DNA of 64,000 bases from Gemmataceae bacterium (GTDB taxonomy: Bacteria; Planctomycetota; Planctomycetia; Gemmatales; Gemmataceae). Shown here one piece after another: positions 29,912 to 38,375 of this stretch; the stretch's first letter is position 1, and each line of letters begins with the position of its first letter. Position numbers and translations under genes: made by a program. The notes beneath the pieces are model-generated. The model ran no database searches. It saw nothing but the letters and a program-made list of their open reading frames with translations, and was not told the origin of the DNA. The DNA is taken from contig JAXMAU010000035.1 of the NCBI GenBank assembly GCA_046350215.1, positions 935-64,934 on the forward strand, given 5' to 3'.

Positions 29912-30831
29912 TGGATCACCGCCGAACGTCTCGAGTCTTCGCCTGCTTCGCGAAGAGGGGCGCGGTCCGCAACGTCACCTCCTGCCGGGTTCACCGACAC
30001 TCACCGCCGACCGGACCGTTCTGGTAAGTGACCGGCCAGATCGCCGACGATCCATCCGCCCGCCGGTGCAGCTGCACGAGGCGATCGCCGCGCTGACATC
30101 CCGTCGGCTGCGAGTCGCGGCGATGAGCCGAGCGGGCCGATCAAGCCGGCCACCGTCGCCGCATTCACGCGTCGAGTTGCGCCCCCGCGGCGCCGAGCTG
30201 CGGCTGTTACGGCCGGAGGATACCGAGGTCGACCTGGCCAACGCGATGGACGCCTTCCTGCGCGCTGCGCGCGGATCGGCTCGGCGTTCCCCCGATCATC
30301 GCCGTCGGCGAGCGGGCCGCCCTGCCACCGTCCGCCGACCGGCAAGCGCGTCCGTGAGGCCGAGTTGCTCCTGGTCGACTGGGGCGTCGGCCCGACCGGC
30401 TACCGCAGCGACTTGACACGGGTGCCGACCCGTACAACTGGCACCGCGGTAAGCCGGGCAGACGACTCGGCGCGGTGCATGCCGCGGTGCTGCGCGCAGC
30501 AGGCCGCCATCGCCACCGTCCGCCCCGGTGCGGTCGGCAAGATGATCGACGCGGCAGCGCGGGCCGCCTGGCGGAGGTCAGGTACGAGTCGTACTTCAAC
30601 CACGGCCTCGGTCACGGGATCGGGCTGCAAACCCACGAGGCGCCGAACGTCCGGCAGGGTTCGGAGGTGGTTCTCGAAGCCGGCATGGTGCTCACCATCG
30701 AGCCGGGAGTCTACCTGCCCGGCTGGGGCGGGGTCCGGATCGAGGACGATGTGCTGGTCACCCCCGACGGGTGCGAGGTGTTGACGCGGGTGCCGCGCGA
30801 GCTGGGGTCGCTGCGAGCCTTCGGCGAGTGA
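29912..30831 (+). pseudogene. Xaa-Pro aminopeptidase (M24B); 5' two-thirds heavily decayed, 3' third clean
   Basis: The decayed copy of the 29013-29215 sequence starts at ATG 29912. The clean end, ORF 30475-30831, has ..[15 protein letters not shown].., ..[24 protein letters not shown]... Confidence 0.75.
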
Positions 30832-30842
30832 GGAGCGTTCGG

Positions 30843-30865
30843 GGGGCTGGCTAACCGCCAGCCCC
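30843..30865 (+). terminator. hairpin after the pepP-like gene
   Basis: GGGGCTGG-CTAACCG-CCAGCCCC, 12 nt after the stop. No T-tract follows. Confidence 0.35.
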
Positions 30866-30898
30866 GATCTGCAGGGAGTAGGAAAGGGGGCGAGCGAG

Positions 30899-31390
30899 GT
30901 GGCTGAAGCGAACGAGAAACCCCGGCCGTTCGACGTGCGGACGGTTCGCTATCTCATCCGGCTGATGAGTCAGAACGACCTGACCGAGATCGACCTGGCC
31001 GAAGGCGAGCAGCGGATTCGGCTCCGCCGCGGCGGCAAACTGGTCGCCGCCCCGACCGTTGCGCCGGCCCCACTCCCGGCCCCTGTCCCGACGGCCGCCC
31101 CGACCGCCGCTCAACCGGCGCCGCCCGCCGAGAAGGCTGGCCGCAAGCTGATCGAGATCAAAAGCCCGACCGTCGGCACGTTCTACTCCCAGAAGGAGCC
31201 AGGGGCGCCGCCATACATCAGCGCCGGCACGCGCGTCAGCAACAACACCGTCGTCTGCCTGATCGAGGCGATGAAGGTGTACAACGAGATCATGGCCGAG
31301 TGCTCCGGCGTGGTCGTCGAGGTCTGCGTCAACAACAAGGACTTCGTCGAGTACAACACCGTCCTGTTCCGGGTCGACCCGGCGGGTTGA
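30899..31390 (+). CDS. accB: acetyl-CoA carboxylase biotin carboxyl carrier protein
   Basis: 163 aa from a GTG start. Pro/Ala linker and a biotinyl domain with the EAMKV motif. Lies directly upstream of accC. Confidence 0.9.
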   Translation: MAEANEKPRPFDVRTVRYLIRLMSQNDLTEIDLAEGEQRIRLRRGGKLVAAPTVAPAPLPAPVPTAAPTAAQPAPPAEKAGRKLIEIKSPTVGTFYSQKEPGAPPYISAGTRVSNNTVVCLIEAMKVYNEIMAECSGVVVEVCVNNKDFVEYNTVLFRVDPAG

Positions 31391-31410
31391 TGGATCTTTC
31401 CGCGCTCGTC

Positions 31411-31455
31411 GGGGGGTTCCCTCGCTGGGGGGTTCCCTCGCTCGCGCTTCGGGTT
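31411..31455. repeat. 16-bp tandem duplication plus a REP half-site
   Basis: GGGGGGTTCCCTCGCT x2 followed by CGCGCTTCGGGTT. CCCTCGCT(N)GCGCTTCGGG resembles one arm of the 63254-63305 hairpin. Confidence 0.6.
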
Positions 31456-31468
31456 GGTGGGTGGACGC

Positions 31469-32818
31469 ATGTTTCAACGGATCCTCATCGCCAACCGCGG
31501 GGAAATCGCCCTGCGGGTCATTCGCGCCTGTCACGATCTGGGCATCGAGGCGGTGGTGGTGTACAGCGAGGCCGATCGCGGCGCGCCGTACCTGGCCGCC
31601 GCCGACGAGGCGATCTGCATCGGCCCGCCGCCGGCAGTCGACAGTTACCTGCGAATCAACCGGCTGATCAGCGCCGCCGAGGTGGCCGATGTCCAGGCCA
31701 TCCACCCTGGCTACGGTTTCCTATCCGAAAACTCTCATTTCGCCCAGGTGTGCCGCGACTGCAACATCGAGTTCATCGGCCCCACTCCCGAGGCGATGCA
31801 CCGACTCGGCGACAAGAACCAGGCGCGGCAGGTGGCCCAGGAAGCCAAGGTGCCGATCGTGCCCGGCAGCGGGCTGATCGAGCCGGACCAGGACGTCGCT
31901 CCGATCGCCGCCTCGATCGGCTACCCGGTGCTCATCAAGGCGGCCGCCGGCGGCGGCGGCCGGGGCATGCGCGTGGTCCGCGAGCCGGCGGCGCTGTCCT
32001 CCGCCATCGCCCAGGCGCGGCAGGAGGCCGAGGCGGCGTTCAAGGACGGCCGCGTGTACATGGAGCGCTACATCGACCGGCCGCGGCACATCGAAGTGCA
32101 GATGCTGGGCGACAAGCACGGCAACTTCATCCACCTGTGGGAGCGCGATTGTTCGCTGCAGCGGCGGCACCAGAAGCTGGTCGAGGAGTCGCCGGCGCCG
32201 AACCTGCCGGATGAGGTCCGCCGCGCCATCTGCGAGTCGGCGGTGCGGCTCGGCCGGGCGGTCGGCTATTCCAGCGCCGGCACCTGCGAGTTCCTCGTCG
32301 ACCCGCAGAATAACTTCTACTTTATCGAGGTGAATACTCGCATTCAGGTCGAACATCCGGTAACCGAACTGGTCACCGGCGTCGACCTGGTCCGCGAGCA
32401 GATCCGCATCGCCGCCGGCGAGCCGCTCCGCTACCGGCAGGAGGACATCGTTCACCGCGGCTGCGCCATCGAGTGCCGCATCAACGCCGAGGACACCGCC
32501 AACAACTTCCGGCCCAGCCCCGGCCTGGTCACTCGCTGGCAGCCGCCCGGCGGTCCCGGCGTCCGCCTCGACAGCCACGTCACCGCCAACTACCGGGTGC
32601 CGCCCAACTACGACTCGCTGGTCGCCAAGCTGCTCGTCCACCAGCCGACCCGCGCCGAAGCGCTGGCGGTGATGCGCCGCGCTCTTCGCGAGTTCATCGT
32701 CGAGGGCATTCGCACCACCATTCCGATCCACCAGCAGCTGATGAACGACCCGACGTTCGTCGCCGGCAAGGCTTACACGACGTACATCGAACGCGAGCTG
32801 ATGGGCGGGGCGAAGTAA
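31469..32818 (+). CDS. accC: acetyl-CoA carboxylase biotin carboxylase subunit
   Basis: [21 protein letters not shown].. from ATG 31469. ATP-grasp blocks (..[17 protein letters not shown].., ..[14 protein letters not shown]..). Confidence 0.95.
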   Translation: MFQRILIANRGEIALRVIRACHDLGIEAVVVYSEADRGAPYLAAADEAICIGPPPAVDSYLRINRLISAAEVADVQAIHPGYGFLSENSHFAQVCRDCNIEFIGPTPEAMHRLGDKNQARQVAQEAKVPIVPGSGLIEPDQDVAPIAASIGYPVLIKAAAGGGGRGMRVVREPAALSSAIAQARQEAEAAFKDGRVYMERYIDRPRHIEVQMLGDKHGNFIHLWERDCSLQRRHQKLVEESPAPNLPDEVRRAICESAVRLGRAVGYSSAGTCEFLVDPQNNFYFIEVNTRIQVEHPVTELVTGVDLVREQIRIAAGEPLRYRQEDIVHRGCAIECRINAEDTANNFRPSPGLVTRWQPPGGPGVRLDSHVTANYRVPPNYDSLVAKLLVHQPTRAEALAVMRRALREFIVEGIRTTIPIHQQLMNDPTFVAGKAYTTYIERELMGGAK

Positions 32819-32847
32819 ACCGCCCCCGCCGCCGGAAAGGAACGGCC

Positions 32848-34983
32848 ATGACCGCCGCACTCCGCCTCGACGTCGTCGACGGCCTCGCCGTCGTCACCTT
32901 CGATCAGCCCGGCAGCCGGGCCAACACCCTCGGGCAAGCGGTGTGGGGCGAACTGGAGGCAGTGCTCGCTGACCTGGCCGGCCGTACCGACGTGGTCGGG
33001 CTGGTGTTCCGCAGCGGCAAGCCGGGCATGTTCGTCGCCGGCGCCGATCTGCGCGAGATGGGCGGCCCACGGCCCGACGACGACGCTCTCCGCCGCGTCA
33101 TCGGCCGCGGCCTGGACGTGATCGCCGGGTTCGAGCGGCTGCCGTACCCGACCGTCGCCGCCATCGACGGCTCGTGCCTGGGCGGCGGGCTGGAGCTGGC
33201 GCTGGGGTTCGACTACCGGCTCGCCAGCAGCAATCCCCGCACCGAGCTGGGGCTGCCGGAGACGAAGATCGGGCTGATCCCCGGCTGGGGCGGTACCCAG
33301 CGGCTCACTCGCCTGGTTGGCCCGTCGATCGCCGCCGAGATGATCTGCGCCGGCGACCCGGCCCGCGCCGAGCGGGCGCGGCAGATCGGCCTGGCCTGGG
33401 ACGTGGTGCCGGCCGACAAGCTCGACGCCGAGGCGGTGGCGCTGGTCCGCTGGGCGGCAGCCGACGGCGGCTGGAAGCAGGCGCGGCTGCGCAAGCAGCA
33501 GCCGGTCGGGCTGAGCGAGGAGCAGGCGGCGTTCACCTTCGCCGTCGCCCGCGCCCAGGTGCAGGCCAAGACCGCCGGCCAGTACCCGGCCCCGCTCGCC
33601 GCTCTCGCCGCCATCGAGAAGGGCTGCAACCTGCCGCTGGAGGACGGCCTGCGCATCGAGACCGAGAAATTCCTGCCGCTGATCGGCGGATCGGTGTCGA
33701 AGAACCTGATTGCCGTCTTTTTCATGACGCAGCGGCTCGGCAAGGACACCGGCGTGGCCGATCCGGCGGTCAAGCCGCGGCCGGTCCACCAGGTCGGCGT
33801 GATCGGCGCCGGCATCATGGGCAGCGGCATCGCCGGGGCACACGTCCGCCGCGGCGTGCCGGCGGTGATGATCGACACCACCGCCGCCGCGGTCGAAAAG
33901 GGCGTCGCCGCGGTCACGAAAAGCTGTTTCGGCCGCGTCGAGATTGGCCGCATGACCGCCGCCGACGCCGGCGCCGCCCTCGCTCGGCTGAGCACCAGCC
34001 TGACGCCGCAGGCGCTCGCCGATCGCGACGTGGTGATCGAGGCGATCGTCGAGAACGAGAAGGCCAAGACCGCCCTGTTCGCCGAGCTGAAAGCGGTGCT
34101 GCGCCCGGGGACGATCGTGGCGTCGAACACGTCGACGATTTCCATTACTCGAATGGCGGAGGCGACGGCGGATCCGGCCCTTTTCGCCGGCCTGCATTTC
34201 TTCAACCCGGTCGACCGGATGGCGCTGGTGGAGGTGATCCGCGGCGAAAAGACGAGCGACGAGACGGTGGCCGCCCTGGTGGCGCTGGCGCGGCGGATCG
34301 GCAAGACGCCGATCGTCGTCCGCGACTGCCCCGGCTTCCTGGTCAATCGCATCCTGTCCCCGTACATGAGCGAGTCGCTGGTGCTGCTGGAGGAGGGCGT
34401 ATCGCCGCGGCAGGTCGACAAGGCGGCGACGGCGTTCGGCATGCCGATGGGGCCGATCACCCTGCACGACGTGGTCGGGCTGGACACCGCGCTCTACGCC
34501 GGGAACGTCCTCAGCGCTGCCTTCCCCGACAAGGGGATGCGGACGACGATCCTCGATCGGCTGGTCGCCGCCGGGCGGCTGGGGCAGAAGAGCGGGGCCG
34601 GGTTCTACGCCTACCCGAAGGGCAGCCGCGGCGTCGATGACCCGGCGCTGGCAGAGTTCCTGACCGCCGCGCACCGGCCGACGGGCAAGGCCGACTGGAC
34701 GCCGGAGGAGATCACCGAGCGGCTATTCCTGCCGATGCTGAACGAGGCGGCGCACGCGCTGGCGGATGGCATTGTCCGCGACCCTGGCGACGTCGACATG
34801 GGGCTGATCCTGGGGATCGGCTTCCCCCCGTTCCACGGCGGCATTCTGCGGTGGGCCGACGAGATGGGGCTGCCGAGGGTGGTGGAGAAGCTGAAAAAGT
34901 ACGAGCACCTCGGCCCGCGCTTCCACCCGCACGACCTGCTCACGTCCCTGGCCGCATCGGGGCGGACGTTCTACCCGAGATGA
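32848..34983 (+). CDS. bifunctional enoyl-CoA hydratase / 3-hydroxyacyl-CoA dehydrogenase (FadB/FadJ-like)
   Basis: 711 aa from ATG 32848. Crotonase N-domain (..FVAGADLREM.., ..GGGLELAL..), NAD-binding VGVIGAGIMGSGIA, C-terminal 3HCDH repeats. Confidence 0.9.
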   Translation: MTAALRLDVVDGLAVVTFDQPGSRANTLGQAVWGELEAVLADLAGRTDVVGLVFRSGKPGMFVAGADLREMGGPRPDDDALRRVIGRGLDVIAGFERLPYPTVAAIDGSCLGGGLELALGFDYRLASSNPRTELGLPETKIGLIPGWGGTQRLTRLVGPSIAAEMICAGDPARAERARQIGLAWDVVPADKLDAEAVALVRWAAADGGWKQARLRKQQPVGLSEEQAAFTFAVARAQVQAKTAGQYPAPLAALAAIEKGCNLPLEDGLRIETEKFLPLIGGSVSKNLIAVFFMTQRLGKDTGVADPAVKPRPVHQVGVIGAGIMGSGIAGAHVRRGVPAVMIDTTAAAVEKGVAAVTKSCFGRVEIGRMTAADAGAALARLSTSLTPQALADRDVVIEAIVENEKAKTALFAELKAVLRPGTIVASNTSTISITRMAEATADPALFAGLHFFNPVDRMALVEVIRGEKTSDETVAALVALARRIGKTPIVVRDCPGFLVNRILSPYMSESLVLLEEGVSPRQVDKAATAFGMPMGPITLHDVVGLDTALYAGNVLSAAFPDKGMRTTILDRLVAAGRLGQKSGAGFYAYPKGSRGVDDPALAEFLTAAHRPTGKADWTPEEITERLFLPMLNEAAHALADGIVRDPGDVDMGLILGIGFPPFHGGILRWADEMGLPRVVEKLKKYEHLGPRFHPHDLLTSLAASGRTFYPR

Positions 34984-35083
34984 TCGCCGGTCAGCCGGGC
35001 TTGTTTCGTTTCGCGCCAGCGGGAAGAATAGGCGGCCTCGGTCAGGCCCAGGGACGGGTCTGCGCGCACCGCACGGACGAGGT

Positions 35084-35794
35084 GTGAACATGGCCAGTTA
35101 TCGCGGTCACTTGATGCTGTCGGCGCCGCTGGGGGCGTGCTATGGGGGGCTGGGGCTGCTGCGACCGGAGTTCGACGTCGGCGCGTCGTTTCTGGCCGCC
35201 GGGTTGACGACGATCGGCGGGCTGCTGCCCGACCTGGACAGCGACAGCGGGGTGCCGGTCCGCGAGCTGTTCGGCATCACCGCCGCCGCCGTCGCCGTCG
35301 CCGTCTACCAGCAGCTGCGGACGCACAGCGTGCCGGTCGACTCGGCGCTGGTGCTGGTGGCGTTGGCGTACTTCGGGGTGCGCTACGTCGTCGCCAACTG
35401 CTTCCGCCAGATCACCGTCCACCGCGGCATGTACCACTCGATCCCGGCCATGCTGATCGCCGGTCTGATCGTCTATCTCGGCTACCCGTCGTCCGACCTG
35501 CTCCTGCGGCTGTACCTGGCCGCCGGGGTGACGCTCGGGTTTCTGTCGCACCTGGTGCTCGACGAGATCTACGCCGTCGACTTCATGGGCGTCTCGGTGA
35601 AGTTCAACCAGTTCGCCGGCAGTGCGCTGAAATTCGGCTCGCCATCGTGGCCGGCGACGCTTGCCACCTATCTGATCCTGGCCGGGCTGGGGTACGTCGC
35701 GTGGGATGGGGTGCCGCCGTGGGCGAAGGTGCCGAATAACTGGGCCGAGCCGGCCAAGGAGTGGCTTTCACACCTGGCGGCGCACAAACCCTGA
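35084..35794 (+). CDS. membrane-bound metal-dependent hydrolase (YdjM/DUF457-like)
   Basis: Intact 236-aa polytopic ORF with ..LLPDLDSDSG.., ..HRGMYHSIPA.., ..SHLVLDE... Confidence 0.65.
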   Translation: MNMASYRGHLMLSAPLGACYGGLGLLRPEFDVGASFLAAGLTTIGGLLPDLDSDSGVPVRELFGITAAAVAVAVYQQLRTHSVPVDSALVLVALAYFGVRYVVANCFRQITVHRGMYHSIPAMLIAGLIVYLGYPSSDLLLRLYLAAGVTLGFLSHLVLDEIYAVDFMGVSVKFNQFAGSALKFGSPSWPATLATYLILAGLGYVAWDGVPPWAKVPNNWAEPAKEWLSHLAAHKP

Positions 35795-35920
35795 GCGGCG
35801 GGAATATCCGTCGCCCCGGCGTCACAACGGCCGTCCGGTCCCGTAATGAGTGGTGAAGAGAGCGAACGAAACCAAGACGCAACGCTCCCGTCACCAACCC
35901 GATTACGGAGACTGATAGCC

Positions 35921-36280
35921 ATGAAGTATACGATGCTCGCCGCTGTGATCGCCCTGGCCTCGATGACCTCGGCGGAGGCCGCCAGCCCGACGGCGACCGC
36001 GAAGGCCGGCCGCAAGGCATCGCTGATCTCGGCCCGCGGCCGGTGTGGCGGCGGCTTCAACCGCTGTTGCTCGCCCTGTTACGGCCGGAACTACTGCTGC
36101 TCGCCGTGTTCCACCAGCTGCTGCTACCCGTCCTGCGACAGCTGCTGCTACCCGTCGAGCTGCTACCCGTGCTACAACCGCTGCAGCTCGCCGTGCTACA
36201 GCTCCTGCTCGCCGTGCTACAGCAGCTGCGGACGGTCGTTCAGCGGACGGTCGTTCAACGGGGCGCGGTTCCGCCGGTAA
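35921..36280 (+). CDS. secreted Cys/Ser/Tyr/Pro-rich mini-protein A (resembles keratin-associated proteins)
   Basis: ATG 35921 with GGAGA 9 nt upstream. Signal peptide MKYTMLAAVIALASMTSAEA, basic segment ..AGRKASLISARGR, a core with about 19 Cys in ~62 aa (CCSPC, CCYPSC, CYSSC units), and tail GRSFSGRSFNGARFRR. Followed by a strong terminator. Confidence 0.7.
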   Translation: MKYTMLAAVIALASMTSAEAASPTATAKAGRKASLISARGRCGGGFNRCCSPCYGRNYCCSPCSTSCCYPSCDSCCYPSSCYPCYNRCSSPCYSSCSPCYSSCGRSFSGRSFNGARFRR

Positions 36281-36307
36281 TCGCCTTGAGCGATCCGTTG
36301 CAATAAC

Positions 36308-36350
36308 GCACCCGGACCAGAGGGCAATCCTCTGGTCCGGGTGCGTTTTC
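36308..36350 (+). terminator. rho-independent terminator of mini-protein A gene
   Basis: Perfect 16-bp stem GCACCCGGACCAGAGG / CCTCTGGTCCGGGTGC, loop GCAAT, then GTTTTC. Confidence 0.8.
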
Positions 36351-36520
36351 GCGCGCCCTGCGGACCGGCGCCTGCGGGCCGTCGCCGGCCGTTGCCCACG
36401 AAATGGCGATCGCCGCCGTCACAAAAGTCACCTTCGACAGTAATAAGGGCGTGAGGAGTGAGAGACGCCGAGTGACGTACCGCTCCAAGGTGTTCAACCC
36501 CCATGTGGAGATCGATCGCG

Positions 36521-37033
36521 ATGAAGTATTTCAGTTTTGCTCTGGTGGTCGCCCTGGCCTCGATGACCTCGGTGGAGGCGGCTAGCCCGGCGTCGGCAGC
36601 GCGAGCCGGCCGGAAGGCCTCGCTCATCTCGGCGCGTGGCCGGGTGGTCAACAAGCTCCACGGCCGGATGGTGGCCAAGCGGGGCGGACTGGTCCACCGC
36701 CGCTGCCTCGGCGGGTTCGGCGGCTACGGCGGGTTCGGCGGCTCCTGTGGCTACGGGTTTGGCAGCTCCTGTGGCTATGGCGGCTATAGCAGCTGTTACT
36801 CGCCGTGCTACAGCAGCTGCTACTCGCCCTGCTACAGTAGCTGCTACTCGCCGTGCTACAGCAGCTACAGCTACCTGTGCTACAGCAGCTGCAGCTACCC
36901 GTGCTACAGCTATAGCTCGCCGTGGTACGGGAGCTACTGCGGCTCATCCTGCTACTCGCCGTGCTACGGTTACGGGTCGTTCGCCTGCTGCCGCGGCGGC
37001 CGTTCGCTGACCGGCCGGGCGTTCCGCCGGTAA
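36521..37033 (+). CDS. secreted Gly/Tyr- and Cys/Ser/Tyr-rich mini-protein B (paralogue of A)
   Basis: ATG 36521 with GGAGA upstream. Signal peptide MKYFSFALVVALASMTSVEA, the same ..AGRKASLISARGR segment, a GGFGGYGGFGG stretch, three near-identical 24-bp tandem units (36791-36862) encoding SCYSPCYS, and tail GRSLTGRAFRR. Confidence 0.7.
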   Translation: MKYFSFALVVALASMTSVEAASPASAARAGRKASLISARGRVVNKLHGRMVAKRGGLVHRRCLGGFGGYGGFGGSCGYGFGSSCGYGGYSSCYSPCYSSCYSPCYSSCYSPCYSSYSYLCYSSCSYPCYSYSSPWYGSYCGSSCYSPCYGYGSFACCRGGRSLTGRAFRR

Positions 37034-37066
37034 GCTGGCAAAACGAGTAGTGTAATCCTCCATCAA

Positions 37067-37105
37067 GACGGGCCGGTCGGGAAGCGAGTTCCCGGCCGGC
37101 CCGTC
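37067..37105. terminator. long hairpin between convergent genes
   Basis: GACGGGCCGG..CGGGAA-GCGAG-TTCCCG..CCGGCCCGTC. Sits between the stop of mini-protein B and the stop of the Wza-like gene. Confidence 0.5.
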
Positions 37106-37114
37106 AGCGTTCGT

Positions 37115-38140
37115 TTAGCGTGTCCCGAGCGGCCCCGCGTTCACCAGCTGGCGCCACGGCAGCGGGTCGGGGACGTGGACGGCGGCCTGCTTGCGGGTGT
37201 CCGCCGGCGGCGGGGTCTCGGCCGGCTTGTCGGCTCCGTCGGCGGGTTGGGGCTTGGGCAACTCGCGGTCGGCGGCGGGCGGCGCCGGCTCGGGGGACGG
37301 CAGCGGCGGGAACACCTGCACCGGACCGACCGGCGGCGGCGGGCCGTGGTCATGCTCGACCGGAGGCGGACAGGCCGTCTGCTGCCGGCCGCACGAGCCG
37401 ACGCAGCTGTGCTTGTGCGGGCACAGCCACTCGTGGAAGGTTCGCGTCGGCACAAAGATGCGGTCGCCCGGCCGCAGCTGATAGTTGGTGGTGGTGTCGC
37501 CCAGCTGGACGATTTCGGGGTAACACACCGGCAGGACGATGCGGCACGAGTCCGGCTTGGTCGGGCGGCTGAGAATGATGTCGTGCCGCGACGCCGAGCC
37601 GTTCAGCCCGCCGGCGGCGACGATGCCGTCGAGCACCGTCTCGCGGCCGCGCAGCGGGAAGACGCCCGGCGAGTTCACCTCGCCCAGCACGTAGTACACC
37701 TTGCTGTCGCGCGTGATGAGGCGGACCACGATTGGCCCGGCGTCGCGGGTTTTCAACCGCACCAGGCCGTTGACCTCCGCCTCGACCTCGTCAATCGTCT
37801 TGCCGGCCACCAGCGGCATGCCGTAGACGCCCAGCTGGATGCGGCCGTCGGGCAGTACCGGCTGGTCGCCGGTGATGCGAGCGGGCGAGTCGAGGTTGGC
37901 CGGATGGACGAGCAGCACGTCGCCCGGCTCGACGATGTAGGGGCCGGTCGGCTTCTTGGCCAGCTCGCGCGAGATCGCCAGCGGTTCGGGGTGCGAGCTG
38001 GCGATGCCGCGGGCCTCGTCCGTGAGCGCGTAGGCGCCGCCGAACAGCGAATAGCGGTTGTTGCCGCCCAGCTGGCATCCCGTCGTCAAGCTGGCCGCCA
38101 GCGCGACCGCTCCGGCGAGTGCGCATACGGAGTATCGCAT
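37115..38140 (-). CDS. polysaccharide export lipoprotein (Wza-like; Poly_export + SLBB)
   Basis: ATG 38140 with GGAGG upstream. Lipobox LTTGC. ..PGDVLLV..PVLPDGRIQLGVYGMPLVAGKT.. and SLBB-like ..YYVLGEVNSPGVFPL... Pro-rich C-terminal tail. Confidence 0.8.
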   Translation of the reverse strand: MRYSVCALAGAVALAASLTTGCQLGGNNRYSLFGGAYALTDEARGIASSHPEPLAISRELAKKPTGPYIVEPGDVLLVHPANLDSPARITGDQPVLPDGRIQLGVYGMPLVAGKTIDEVEAEVNGLVRLKTRDAGPIVVRLITRDSKVYYVLGEVNSPGVFPLRGRETVLDGIVAAGGLNGSASRHDIILSRPTKPDSCRIVLPVCYPEIVQLGDTTTNYQLRPGDRIFVPTRTFHEWLCPHKHSCVGSCGRQQTACPPPVEHDHGPPPPVGPVQVFPPLPSPEPAPPAADRELPKPQPADGADKPAETPPPADTRKQAAVHVPDPLPWRQLVNAGPLGTR

Positions 38141-38375
38141 CGGTTGCCTCCTTGCCACCGATAGCCCCACTTCCCAAACGGCCGGACCACCCCGGAACCT
38201 GCCCGCTTCACACGGCTGTCCCAGCCTGGCCCGGTTCTCCACACTCTGTTATCGACGTGGCGGTCTGCGCGGCTGCAGTGAATTGCACGATCAGGCATGA
38301 CTTGACGAAACGAGGCAAGTCACGGGATTTACCGGGCATGCCGGAAAGACGAAACGGGAGAGATAATGGGGCAAG

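Noticed and set aside
35921-37033. Cys-rich mini-proteins as RiPP precursors or classical metallothioneins.
   Set aside because: Both have Sec signal peptides and are monocistronic with their own terminators. No maturase, cyclase, radical-SAM or ABC-peptidase gene is adjacent. Metal binding remains possible, but a cytoplasmic metallothionein role does not fit export.
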